DNA from: Candidatus Hermodarchaeota archaeon | GTDB lineage: Archaea; Asgardarchaeota; Lokiarchaeia; Sigyniarchaeales; SOKP01 | Direction of reading: 5' to 3' | Length of the DNA stretch: 64,000 nt | Assembly (NCBI GenBank): GCA_048885525.1 | Contig: JBHLLP010000007.1 | Location: forward strand, 32,001-96,000 | In this document: piece by piece, positions 30,238-39,166 of the stretch | Layout: each line of letters begins with the position of its first letter | Numbering within the stretch: the first letter of the stretch is position 1 | The notes under the pieces: generated by a model | Seen by the model: only the letters and a program-made list of their open reading frames with translations | What the model was told of the DNA's origin: nothing | Database searches by the model: none | Position numbers and translations under genes: made by a program

Positions 30238-31237
30238 GTGAAAAAAATGGGAAAAGTAATAATCCCAAAAAAAGTATATTTATGTTTAGTAGGAGCGTCA
30301 GTTAGGTTTGCTAACGTACGTATACCTAAAGATGATTGGTTAGAAGTGAGTGGTATATTTACAGGAAGAAATCAAGGAGAAGATGTCATCATCACAGAAT
30401 GTTACCCCATAATGCATCAAGAATTAGATAAAGATGCAGTTATCGATCAATATAAATGGAGTGATGAAGACTATGAAGCTTTATACATTATCGACGAATT
30501 AGCCTTCTCAAGAGATCCCCCAGAGTTTGTAGTTGGATGGTGGCACAGTCATCCAGGCTTTCAGAGCATTGGAGTTCCCACGCTCTAGCTAAAAGGTAAT
30601 GATGAGCCATATTGATATCCAAACTACTCTATCATACCAGCAAAATAATCCTTTAGCAATATCACTGGTTTTCAACCCTACAAGACTCATACGTCAGATC
30701 GAAGTAGCATATAAAAAAGGAGATCCCGATATACAATTAAAAAATGATCCTGGGTTTGAGATATTTAGGTTAGATGATATTAATCGAGGACTTGAAGCAT
30801 CTTATCATCCGGTAGATTATAAAATTGAAGGATATGATAGTATGGAACAATTAGTCAATTTAACTCAGAAGTTTACAATAGATATTACTAATTTCTTTCC
30901 TAAAACTAATGTTCCTAAAATGTATGATAAATTTGTTAATGATAGAATTACTGAATTAAATTCAAGATTTCAGGGAACTGAAGAATATCTGACCACTTTA
31001 ACCATCCGTGGGGAAAAAGAGCGAATTCCAGATGTCTTAAAGAATCAAAGTGAAGAAATCAGTAAATTTGTAGCAGAAACTTCGATTAAGATAGATCGTA
31101 TTAAGGAATTTATGGATTATTTAGAATATAAAGAAAGAGACACCATAGTACCTCAGATTGAGACAATTATACACAAATGGGATGATATGGTTGCGGGAGT
31201 AGATAAGAGAATAAAACAGCTAAAGAAGAAATTTTAA
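30238..31237 (+). CDS. Intron-containing MPN+/JAMM protein, join(30238..30561,30593..31237), 322 aa
   Basis: The two track ORFs are halves of one JAMM protein. Joining them gives EVSGIFTG...GWWHSHPGF|KVMMSHIDIQT...SLVFNP...FEIFRL, with canonical H-x-H-x7-S-x2-D spacing as in the two neighbouring paralogs. Confidence 0.88.
30562..30592 (+). other. 31-nt bulge-helix-bulge (BHB) intron in mRNA
   Basis: Central 4-bp helix GGCU(30556-59)/AGCU(30587-90), 3-nt bulges UU^C (30560-62) and AA^A (30591-93), intron stem AGAGC(30563-67)/GCUCU(30582-86). Cutting after the second nucleotide of each bulge removes exactly 31 nt and restores the frame. Confidence 0.85.
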
Positions 31238-31357
31238 ATTTAATAATTTTCATCTTATTTTTCATTTTGATAAATTTTTATTTGATTACACTTTTTTTTG
31301 ATTAAATATCAATTATTTAAAATAAAATCAGAGAATTTTTAGAATATAATCATTATC

Positions 31358-33562
31358 ATGAAAAAAATTAATTTTCCTTTTACAGCGATTCTTGGCCAAG
31401 AAAAAATGAAGATGGGGCTAATTTTAAACGTTATTGACCCTCAAATAGGTGGTATCTTATTAACTGGTCAACAAGGTACAGGAAAAAGCACAGCTGTAAG
31501 ATCTCTCGTGGAATTGATGCCCCAAATTGAAGTAGTTAAAGATTGTGAGTTTTCTTGTGATCCTCATTCTGATATAGATGATTTATGTCAAAATTGTATA
31601 GAAAGAAAGGAAAAAAAGCAAATAAAAACAAAGTTCCGGGATATGTGGCTTGTAAATTTGCCTTTAGGAGTCACAGAAGATATGGTTTGTGGAAGTTTAT
31701 CTATAGATAAGGTATTAACCGAAGGAATAAGAGCTTTACATCCTGGGCTACTTGCTAAAGCAAACAGAGGTATTCTATATGTAGATGAGATTAATCTACT
31801 CCAAGATCATATTGTTGATGTACTTTTAGATTCTGCAGCTTCAGGTGTAAATATAATAGAAAGAGAAGGAATATCTATATCACATCCTTCAAGATTCGTG
31901 TTAGTTGGTTCAATGAACCCAGAAGAAGGTGATTTAAGACCACAAATTGCTGATCGTCTTGGTTTAGAGGTAAGAATAAAAGCACCAAGAGATTCAGAAT
32001 TAAGAGCTGAAATCACAAAAAGAGTAATAGAATTTGATGATCATCCAAAAGAATTTATTAAAAATTTTGAAGAAAAACAAGAAAAATTAAGAGAACAAAT
32101 CCTTAATGCTCGTAATATACTAAAGGAAGTTCAAATCCCAAGTTCAGTATATGAATTTGTATCTAGAATTGTAAATGAATTAGAGATCTTTTCTCAAAGG
32201 GCAGATATAACTTTTATTAGATGCGCCAGAGCTTATGCTGCTTTAAATGGTCGAAAGATTATTGTAGAGGATGATCTAAATATAGCAATGGACTTAGTAT
32301 TCGAGCATAGAATTCAATCGCTCCATTATGAAATGACACCAGAAGAAATAAAATCTAAGATTGCTGAAGTCTACGGAAAAATAAAAGAAGCCTATGAAGA
32401 CACAAAACTACTTCAACCAAATAGAGAGACAGAAGGCCCATTAAAACATGATAATAGTTCTCAAAAAGAATTTAAACGCCAATCTGTCGATCCTGATAAA
32501 ATAGAGATCCCAGAGTCACAAGAACAGAAATTACCTCCTCCAAAATATCCAGACAATAAAAAAAGAAATCCTAAACCAGCAGGAGGTTGGAAAGTAAAGA
32601 ATATTCCTTTTGATGATGATCTTAGATTTTTTGACGATAAACCTGCTTCATTACCATTTATTTATAAGATGGAAAAGAAAATGACATCCATCTTAGATAA
32701 CATCAGAAAAGACAGGAAGATTTCTGATTATGGTGGAAGAGGGATTGGAAGAAGAATAAAAATATCTTCATCCCAAAAAGGGAGATATGTATCTTATCAA
32801 TCGCCTATACGTGAACAGCCAAAAAGTATTGCTTTAGACGCCACAATTAGGAACTATTTAAAAAATATTGTATATAATAAAACTGAAATTGATTTCCCAA
32901 TACACTTTAATAAATATGATTTAATGGATAAAATCTATGAATATCGAGCACCATTAGCTCTTTTTTTTGTTTTGGATAGTTCAGCATCAATGTATTATGT
33001 AATAAAACAGATGACCGATGTAATATTATCATTACATCGAGAAGGATACAGGAAAAGAGATAAAATAGCTTTAATTGTTTTTCGTGGTAAAGATGCTGTC
33101 GTACTCCAGAAACCTACAGTAAACTTTAAGGCAGCTGTTAGTAAATTGAAAAAAATTGAAGGCAAATCTTATACTCCAATGGCAGCAGCATTAAAAAAAG
33201 TATCTGAACTAATAAAAGTTGAAAAATTGAAGGATCGAAATATTATTCCTATCGTATTTATATGCAGTGATTGTGGAGCAAATATTTCAGTGAAATACCC
33301 AGATCTAATAGCGCAAATTGAAACTGATTATACTTTAATTACAAATGAACTAAAGGAACTGACAAAAAAATTGTCAAAACAAAACATACATATGGTTGTC
33401 CTTCAACCAAAAAAATCTTATGCAACACACGCTTTGGGGGTGCATACATATTCGGCAGATCATATTAAAAAAAATTTTAAAAAATATGCTAATGCTCAAA
33501 TTTATAAATTTAATAAATATAATCCCAACTCTTTAATACTAGAATTGAAAAAGATTCTTTAA
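31358..33562 (+). CDS. ChlI/ChlD (Mg/Co-chelatase-like) AAA+ ATPase fused to a VWA domain
   Basis: FPFTAILGQE, Walker A GQQGTGKS, PGLLAKANRGILYVDEINLL, MNPEEGDLRPQ, Pro-rich linker, VWA MIDAS DSSASM and TPMA. Confidence 0.88.
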   Translation: MKKINFPFTAILGQEKMKMGLILNVIDPQIGGILLTGQQGTGKSTAVRSLVELMPQIEVVKDCEFSCDPHSDIDDLCQNCIERKEKKQIKTKFRDMWLVNLPLGVTEDMVCGSLSIDKVLTEGIRALHPGLLAKANRGILYVDEINLLQDHIVDVLLDSAASGVNIIEREGISISHPSRFVLVGSMNPEEGDLRPQIADRLGLEVRIKAPRDSELRAEITKRVIEFDDHPKEFIKNFEEKQEKLREQILNARNILKEVQIPSSVYEFVSRIVNELEIFSQRADITFIRCARAYAALNGRKIIVEDDLNIAMDLVFEHRIQSLHYEMTPEEIKSKIAEVYGKIKEAYEDTKLLQPNRETEGPLKHDNSSQKEFKRQSVDPDKIEIPESQEQKLPPPKYPDNKKRNPKPAGGWKVKNIPFDDDLRFFDDKPASLPFIYKMEKKMTSILDNIRKDRKISDYGGRGIGRRIKISSSQKGRYVSYQSPIREQPKSIALDATIRNYLKNIVYNKTEIDFPIHFNKYDLMDKIYEYRAPLALFFVLDSSASMYYVIKQMTDVILSLHREGYRKRDKIALIVFRGKDAVVLQKPTVNFKAAVSKLKKIEGKSYTPMAAALKKVSELIKVEKLKDRNIIPIVFICSDCGANISVKYPDLIAQIETDYTLITNELKELTKKLSKQNIHMVVLQPKKSYATHALGVHTYSADHIKKNFKKYANAQIYKFNKYNPNSLILELKKIL

Positions 33563-33592
33563 TTCTACTTTTCATTTTCATTTTTTAATAAA

Positions 33593-34834
33593 ATGACTAA
33601 CAAATCAAATTCCATACTTGTTGTTGGATTTAATACAAGACCTTTGGCCTATTCACTGAAAAGAGCTGGTTATAATGTATATACTGTAGATTTCTTCGGA
33701 GATTTAGATCTCTATCCTTATATCGATGACTATATTATTGTAATGAAAACTTTGAAAAGTAATTATAACTCTCTGAAATATAAATATAATAAGTTTTTAG
33801 CTCAATTTGCAATAGAATTGCATCGTAAACATAGAGATGTAAATTTTTTCTTAATAGGTAGCGGCTTAGATGATGCTTATGAAGAGAGAGGGCTCATCTC
33901 AGAAGAAATAAAGAGTTTTAATACAATTTTCGTTAATAATAATTTACAAGTAATTAAAAAATCAAGAGATATTATGGATATTCTTGAACTTCTTAAATCA
34001 AATGGTTATAAGTGTCCTAAATCGTATTCCTATGAAAAATTTCGAATGTTAAATTTAAGACTTGAATTTCCTTTTATTTTAAAGAAAATTAGAAGTGCGG
34101 GTGGAATAAATGTTTTTAAAATTGAAGATGAAAAGGATATAACTTTATTGATAAGTAATTTAGGAAAGAAAAAATTTATTCCGAGAGAATGGATAATTCA
34201 AGAATATATTCGCGGTATCCCAATTAGTTGTACAGTGATTTCAGATGGAAATGAGTGTGAAGTTATTACTATAAATCGTCAAATCATCGGAGAAAATTTT
34301 CTTAATGCTCCTAAAGATTTTATATATTGTGGTAATATTGTACCGGCAGGGGTATCTATTAATGAAGAAAAAATTATATCTGAAATTTCGTTATTTTTGA
34401 CAAAAAAATTAGGTCTGAAAGGAATTAATGGGTTTGATTTTGTATTAAAAGATCATCATCCTTATTTTATGGAATGTAATCCAAGGATCCCTGGTTCAAT
34501 TAGAGCTTCAGAATTAGTTTTGAATTTGAATCTATTAGATCTTCATGTAAAATGCTTTATACCTAATGAATGGAAAAATATTAAGAAATTGATTAAATCT
34601 GTGATCCCTAAAAAATTTGCTACAAAACTAATACTTTTTGCTCCAAAAGATGTTGAGAAAAGCATTTTACAAAAAATAAATAATCTTGAATTTGTTCATG
34701 ATAAAAGTGAACCAATTAAAAATGTTTTAAGAGGTGAACCTTTATGCTCTGTTTTATATGAAGCAGAAAGCATTCATGAATCTTTCAATGGAGCAAAAAG
34801 CATTATAAGTCAAATTAATAGAATTATTGGATAA
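33593..34834 (+). CDS. ATP-grasp domain protein (archaeal C1-cofactor-related ligase family)
   Basis: DFFGDLD, SAGGINV, IIQEYIRG, YCGNIVP, GINGFDF, MECNPR. Confidence 0.8.
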   Translation: MTNKSNSILVVGFNTRPLAYSLKRAGYNVYTVDFFGDLDLYPYIDDYIIVMKTLKSNYNSLKYKYNKFLAQFAIELHRKHRDVNFFLIGSGLDDAYEERGLISEEIKSFNTIFVNNNLQVIKKSRDIMDILELLKSNGYKCPKSYSYEKFRMLNLRLEFPFILKKIRSAGGINVFKIEDEKDITLLISNLGKKKFIPREWIIQEYIRGIPISCTVISDGNECEVITINRQIIGENFLNAPKDFIYCGNIVPAGVSINEEKIISEISLFLTKKLGLKGINGFDFVLKDHHPYFMECNPRIPGSIRASELVLNLNLLDLHVKCFIPNEWKNIKKLIKSVIPKKFATKLILFAPKDVEKSILQKINNLEFVHDKSEPIKNVLRGEPLCSVLYEAESIHESFNGAKSIISQINRIIG

Positions 34835-34855
34835 CCAATTTTTCCCTATATCATA

Positions 34856-35593
34856 TTACTGGATTATTGCTTTTATTTTAGCAATGTAAGTACCCAATTT
34901 TCTTCCATCTGATTCAGGAACCGCAATTGCTAAAACCCTATTTTCATCTAAATCATGTATTATTACAGAACCATTTTCTCCACCAATAATCGAGTATTCC
35001 ATATGACTTTCTAACAAGACTCCAGATAAATTATATAATGCTGCAACCATTGCTGAAAGAATTGGTTCAGGCATTGTAGACTGAATCTTAATAGGCAATC
35101 CATCTTTTGTAATAATTGCTAAAACTAGAGTATTTGGTATTGCTCTCTTAAGACCTTTAAAGATTTCTTCTTTAAGAATATCAGATGTTTCAATTATAGC
35201 AGATATTTGTAGGCTTAATTTTTGTAGTTTATCTATATAAGAATCTAATCCTTCGAGTTCTGCTAACTCTCGATTCAAATATGTAATCATGGTAATATTT
35301 TCTGTTAAAATTGAAAGAACAATTTTTTCCTTACCAAAAATAAGGTTATAGGAAACTTCTTGATTAAGAGAATCACGCAACATCTTAGATGACAGAAAAA
35401 CTAGGCTACTATTTGCTGCTGTAACTTCCCCTGTAGTCATTTTAATCTCTTTTTTGAAGATATTTGCAATTTTAGTACCCTCAGGAGTCCCCACATTAAT
35501 ACCTAATATTGCAGAAGAGGATTCTAGCTCTTTTTCTATTCGTTCACACACATCTGTTTTTAATTCTTCAAGTATTTTTTCTTGTTTTTCCAT
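34856..35593 (-). CDS. Tandem Roadblock/LC7 domain protein
   Basis: Two ~120-aa repeats: GINVGTPEG..VTAANSSL and LAIITKDGLPI..LSAMVAAL..IIGGENGSVII. Confidence 0.8.
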   Translation of the reverse strand: MEKQEKILEELKTDVCERIEKELESSSAILGINVGTPEGTKIANIFKKEIKMTTGEVTAANSSLVFLSSKMLRDSLNQEVSYNLIFGKEKIVLSILTENITMITYLNRELAELEGLDSYIDKLQKLSLQISAIIETSDILKEEIFKGLKRAIPNTLVLAIITKDGLPIKIQSTMPEPILSAMVAALYNLSGVLLESHMEYSIIGGENGSVIIHDLDENRVLAIAVPESDGRKLGTYIAKIKAIIQ

Positions 35594-35798
35594 GGAAGAA
35601 TATTGGATATCTGCAAATAAAAAGATATTCTAATAATTTAGTAATAATTTATATAAAAAACTTAAAGCAATATCATTGAAATGAGATGGTTTTAACGTTA
35701 AAGAACATTTTATTAGTAAACATGATATAAAACAGTATTAGTAATAATAAATTTTTAAATTATAGTCTTTATAGTAAAAATTATAAATAAAAAATATT

Positions 35799-36611
35799 GT
35801 GATTTTGTTAATGGATTATGAAATAAAAAAAAAATTAGAATCAAAAGATAACCTTATCAAATTAAAAGATGAACAAGTCAAAACACTGGAGAATTCCCTA
35901 CAATTAAAAGATGAACAAATTAAGACTCTTGAGAAGACATTAAAAACAAAGGATGAAGAAACTAAAACCTTAGAAAAAACTATAGCTCTAAAGGATGAAG
36001 AAATTCAAAAGTTAAATTCTTCCAAAATTGATTTAAATATCTTAAAAGAAAAAGATGATTTAATCACTCAACTTCAGAAAGAGATTGAAATTTTAAATGA
36101 TGAATTAGCTAAAGCAGATGAAGATTTAGAAAGTTTGGAATTACAGAATGAGAAATTGAGAAATGTTCAAACTAGTTCTAAAGATGAAAAAATCTTGGAT
36201 TTTACAAATAGACAGATACAGAAATTAAAGATTCTTGAAAAAATGAGAGAAATATTAAATAGCGCTATCTCAAATGTAACTATAGTTGTTCCTAGCATTG
36301 AAGATTTGCAAGAGCTTTATTTATATGAATTAAGATCATCTGTTAGCATGAAGATTGCATGTTCAATTAATCCAGCTATTACTGAGCATTCTGAATTGCT
36401 AGAAGAGTTCGAAAGTTTAGATAATATAAGTTTACGTAATTATGAACGAGCAGACAGATATGTGCTTACTAAGGATGGAGAAGAACTTTTGTTTGCTGTG
36501 ATTGGTAATTCTGAAAATAATAATTTAGTAATTCATACAAAAGATCCAAAACATTTCAAATTATTTAGTTCTTTAGCTACTGAGGGTTGGATTCAGAGCA
36601 GAAAAATCTGA
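35799..36611 (+). CDS. Coiled-coil protein with 14-aa repeats and a C-terminal globular (TrmB/PLD-like) domain
   Basis: N-terminal heptad repeats; C-terminal AISNVTIVVP..DGEELLFA pattern. The fold call is tentative. Confidence 0.7.
   Translation: MILLMDYEIKKKLESKDNLIKLKDEQVKTLENSLQLKDEQIKTLEKTLKTKDEETKTLEKTIALKDEEIQKLNSSKIDLNILKEKDDLITQLQKEIEILNDELAKADEDLESLELQNEKLRNVQTSSKDEKILDFTNRQIQKLKILEKMREILNSAISNVTIVVPSIEDLQELYLYELRSSVSMKIACSINPAITEHSELLEEFESLDNISLRNYERADRYVLTKDGEELLFAVIGNSENNNLVIHTKDPKHFKLFSSLATEGWIQSRKI
35862..36014 (+). repeat. Intragenic degenerate 42-nt (14-aa) tandem repeat, about 3.6 copies
   Basis: LKDEQVKTLENSLQ / LKDEQIKTLEKTLK / TKDEETKTLEKTIA / LKDEEIQKL; units start at 35862, 35904, 35946 and 35988. 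Confidence 0.8.
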
Positions 36612-36614
36612 AAT

Positions 36615-37328
36615 TTAGAATATTGGACATTTATTCTTTACACATTTATCATTTATTTTTGAAAAACTACACTTTTTAAAATTATAGTCTAATTCCACTT
36701 TGAACTTTTCTTTTAAGAATTTTAAAGTTTCGATAATTGATAACCGTACTGATCTTTTACAACAATGTTCTAAATTATCAGCAATTTTATTTAATGATCT
36801 TGATGTTATTTGATTTGCTAATGTCCTTGGATAATCTGTAGAGGGTGTTGCCCCTGTAAAAATACTTATTGTGATACCAGAACCTATTCCAGCACCACAT
36901 GAACCGTAAAAACCGCACCAACCTCCTGGAATTTTAGATGCCCTCCTTATCGATTCTTTAATATCAAATAGAGTTATCTCACTTCCATTAGGCTTTTTTA
37001 TGTTATTATTTTTAAGAGCAGTCAAAATCACAGCTGGTGTCAATATATGATGTTCAGGGCCATATTTTTTAAAATTTGGATGCTTCATTATTAGATCTGC
37101 TAATTCAAAAGGATCTTTAATTTTAGTTTCTTCATATACTCTTTCAATTATATCAAGTGGTCCTTTTGAATGGCATCTATCACAAATATAGTGTCCATCT
37201 TCACAATAAATATTAGAATGAAATATATTTCCACAATATTCACAAATAAGATCTCGATAATCTTGGGGCTTTGTTGCATAAATCAGCGAATTGCCACAAA
37301 TTTCACATTTATCGCTTTTTTTTGTCAC
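36615..37328 (-). CDS. DUF5714-like Cys-rich protein
   Basis: CEICG, CEYCG, C..GHYICDRCH, GPEHH, PGGWCGFYGSCGAG, CCKR, CPIF. Confidence 0.8.
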   Translation of the reverse strand: MTKKSDKCEICGNSLIYATKPQDYRDLICEYCGNIFHSNIYCEDGHYICDRCHSKGPLDIIERVYEETKIKDPFELADLIMKHPNFKKYGPEHHILTPAVILTALKNNNIKKPNGSEITLFDIKESIRRASKIPGGWCGFYGSCGAGIGSGITISIFTGATPSTDYPRTLANQITSRSLNKIADNLEHCCKRSVRLSIIETLKFLKEKFKVELDYNFKKCSFSKINDKCVKNKCPIF

Positions 37329-37352
37329 TTTTTATCATTAAATTAAAGTTTA

Positions 37353-38228
37353 TTATATTTCTACATAAGTTCTTTTTCTATTTTGAAAATGAGCTAATTG
37401 ATTATAACCAACTTCCTTCAATAGTTTTAATATTTTATTAAACTTATATGCCAAGTCATTAGGGTGATGCGCATCTGATCCTAAGAGAATTGGGATATCT
37501 AATTCATACATTTTATCAATAATTTCAAAACTAGGATATTGTTCTTTTACTTCTTTCCTTAGACCACCAGTATTAATTTCAATTGTTAAATCTGCTTTCT
37601 TTGCTAACTCAAGCGTTTTAATCGCTGTATCCATAACTAATTCTTTGTTTTTAGCTCTTTTATTATACTTCTTTGGCAAATCGAAATGACATATTATATC
37701 AAAATTAAATTTATCTGAATTTATCATATGTTGTAGTTTATAATAATATTCTAAATAGATATTATCGATACTATCATATTCTTTATACATGTTTAAGAAT
37801 CTTTTATCATCTAGAGCAAATAATCTTGATTTTCCATGCAATATATGAACTGATCCTAACATATAATCTAATTTATCCACTCTACTAAAAAATTCTTTTT
37901 CCAAATTTATTTCATGGCTCTTAAAATAATCAATTTCAAAAGCAGTCCTAATTTGAATCTCGCTTTTATATTTTTCTTTTAATGCTTTAATAGATGAGAG
38001 GTATAAATCAACCTCATTTAATCTCATTGCATATTCTTGATAAGGGATTTCTTTTATTGAACTAAAACTCTTCTCAAGATACTCATATGGGAAATGATCG
38101 CTAATTCCAATAAGGTCTAAATTTAACTTAATAGCTTTTTTAACGTAATCTTCAATAGTGCCCTTTGCATGGCGACATAGTATATTGTGAGTATGCCAAT
38201 CTTCTAAAAGGCTTTTTCTTTCTTTCAA
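37353..38228 (-). CDS. PHP-family histidinol-phosphatase (HisJ/HisK family)
   Basis: DWHTH..CRHA.G, ISDH, GSVH, CHFDL, EINT.G, GSDAH. Confidence 0.88.
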   Translation of the reverse strand: MKERKSLLEDWHTHNILCRHAKGTIEDYVKKAIKLNLDLIGISDHFPYEYLEKSFSSIKEIPYQEYAMRLNEVDLYLSSIKALKEKYKSEIQIRTAFEIDYFKSHEINLEKEFFSRVDKLDYMLGSVHILHGKSRLFALDDKRFLNMYKEYDSIDNIYLEYYYKLQHMINSDKFNFDIICHFDLPKKYNKRAKNKELVMDTAIKTLELAKKADLTIEINTGGLRKEVKEQYPSFEIIDKMYELDIPILLGSDAHHPNDLAYKFNKILKLLKEVGYNQLAHFQNRKRTYVEI

Positions 38229-38323
38229 ATATCTAAGTATCTAATATATTATATTCTGTTATCTACTATTAATACTAGAAGTTAGTTAAAATTTGTGATA
38301 AATTAATATAAGCTGATAAGTTC

Positions 38324-39133
38324 TTGGAATTTAAAAATAAGCAATTTGATGGGTCATATGAAGTTGCTACGATTGACATTTATAATAATAATGAGTTATT
38401 TAAGGGAATACTATATTATCCTCCCGTTTCTTTTCCAAAACCTTATCCAGTAATAATCTATTTTCATGGTTTTCCACAATTATTTACATTACAAGAACTT
38501 GTTAAGAGATATCAATATTTATTGGATTATGGCTATGCATTCATAACATTTAATTTTAGGGGATATAGATACAGTGAGGGTAAAGTTTCGATAAAATCTC
38601 AAGTTTCAGATGCTCTTAAAATTACTGAGTTTATTGAAACTATGGCTTCTGATAATGTATTTAATCCTACTAATATTAATATAATTGCTCATGATTTTGG
38701 TGCCTATATCGCCTTAATTCTTAGTTCAAAAATAGGAATTGTCAATAAATTAATATTAATTAGCCCAATTTTAGATTTAAAGAAGCATATCTATAGTAAT
38801 GATTTCCCAAAAACATTGAGTTATATTAATAGGTTCCTTCCAGGAAATATTAATGGAATTCAAAATATAAATGATTTTATTGAGTATACAAAAGCAGAGT
38901 TAGACAATGATGAATATCAAATTGAGAGATTTATTAAAAATTTGAAGTATAAAAAATTGAAGATTCTAATAGGAGAAAATGATAAACTAACTCCTATTTC
39001 CGAGGTAAAGAAGATGATTAATCAAATAGAAATAGGATCTGAACTTTTCATAATTGAAAATATGGATCATGATTGTGTGAATGAAAATAAATTGGAAATC
39101 TTAAACCAAGAAATATTAGATTTTTTCAAATAA
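38324..39133 (+). CDS. Alpha/beta hydrolase
   Basis: HGFP oxyanion motif, FRG..SEG, nucleophile elbow AHDFG, GEND, DH. Confidence 0.8.
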   Translation: MEFKNKQFDGSYEVATIDIYNNNELFKGILYYPPVSFPKPYPVIIYFHGFPQLFTLQELVKRYQYLLDYGYAFITFNFRGYRYSEGKVSIKSQVSDALKITEFIETMASDNVFNPTNINIIAHDFGAYIALILSSKIGIVNKLILISPILDLKKHIYSNDFPKTLSYINRFLPGNINGIQNINDFIEYTKAELDNDEYQIERFIKNLKYKKLKILIGENDKLTPISEVKKMINQIEIGSELFIIENMDHDCVNENKLEILNQEILDFFK

Positions 39134-39166
39134 ATTACTTTTTTCATCTTAATTAAATATTAATGG

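Noticed and set aside
30599-31237. Track ORF treated as an independent gene, or the break read as a sequencing frameshift or programmed ribosomal frameshift
   Set aside because: The break is a 31-nt insertion rather than a 1-2 nt indel. Both relevant frames contain stops inside the insert, and the BHB geometry predicts the exact frame-restoring junction.
31358-33562. Assignment as a true magnesium chelatase (chlorophyll synthesis)
   Set aside because: There is no ChlH/CobN large subunit or tetrapyrrole gene in the window; AAA+/VWA proteins of this clade are widespread with other roles.
35862-36014. Tandem repeats as a possible CRISPR array
   Set aside because: The repeats are degenerate, in frame and have no unique spacers; they encode a coiled coil. 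No cas genes are present.
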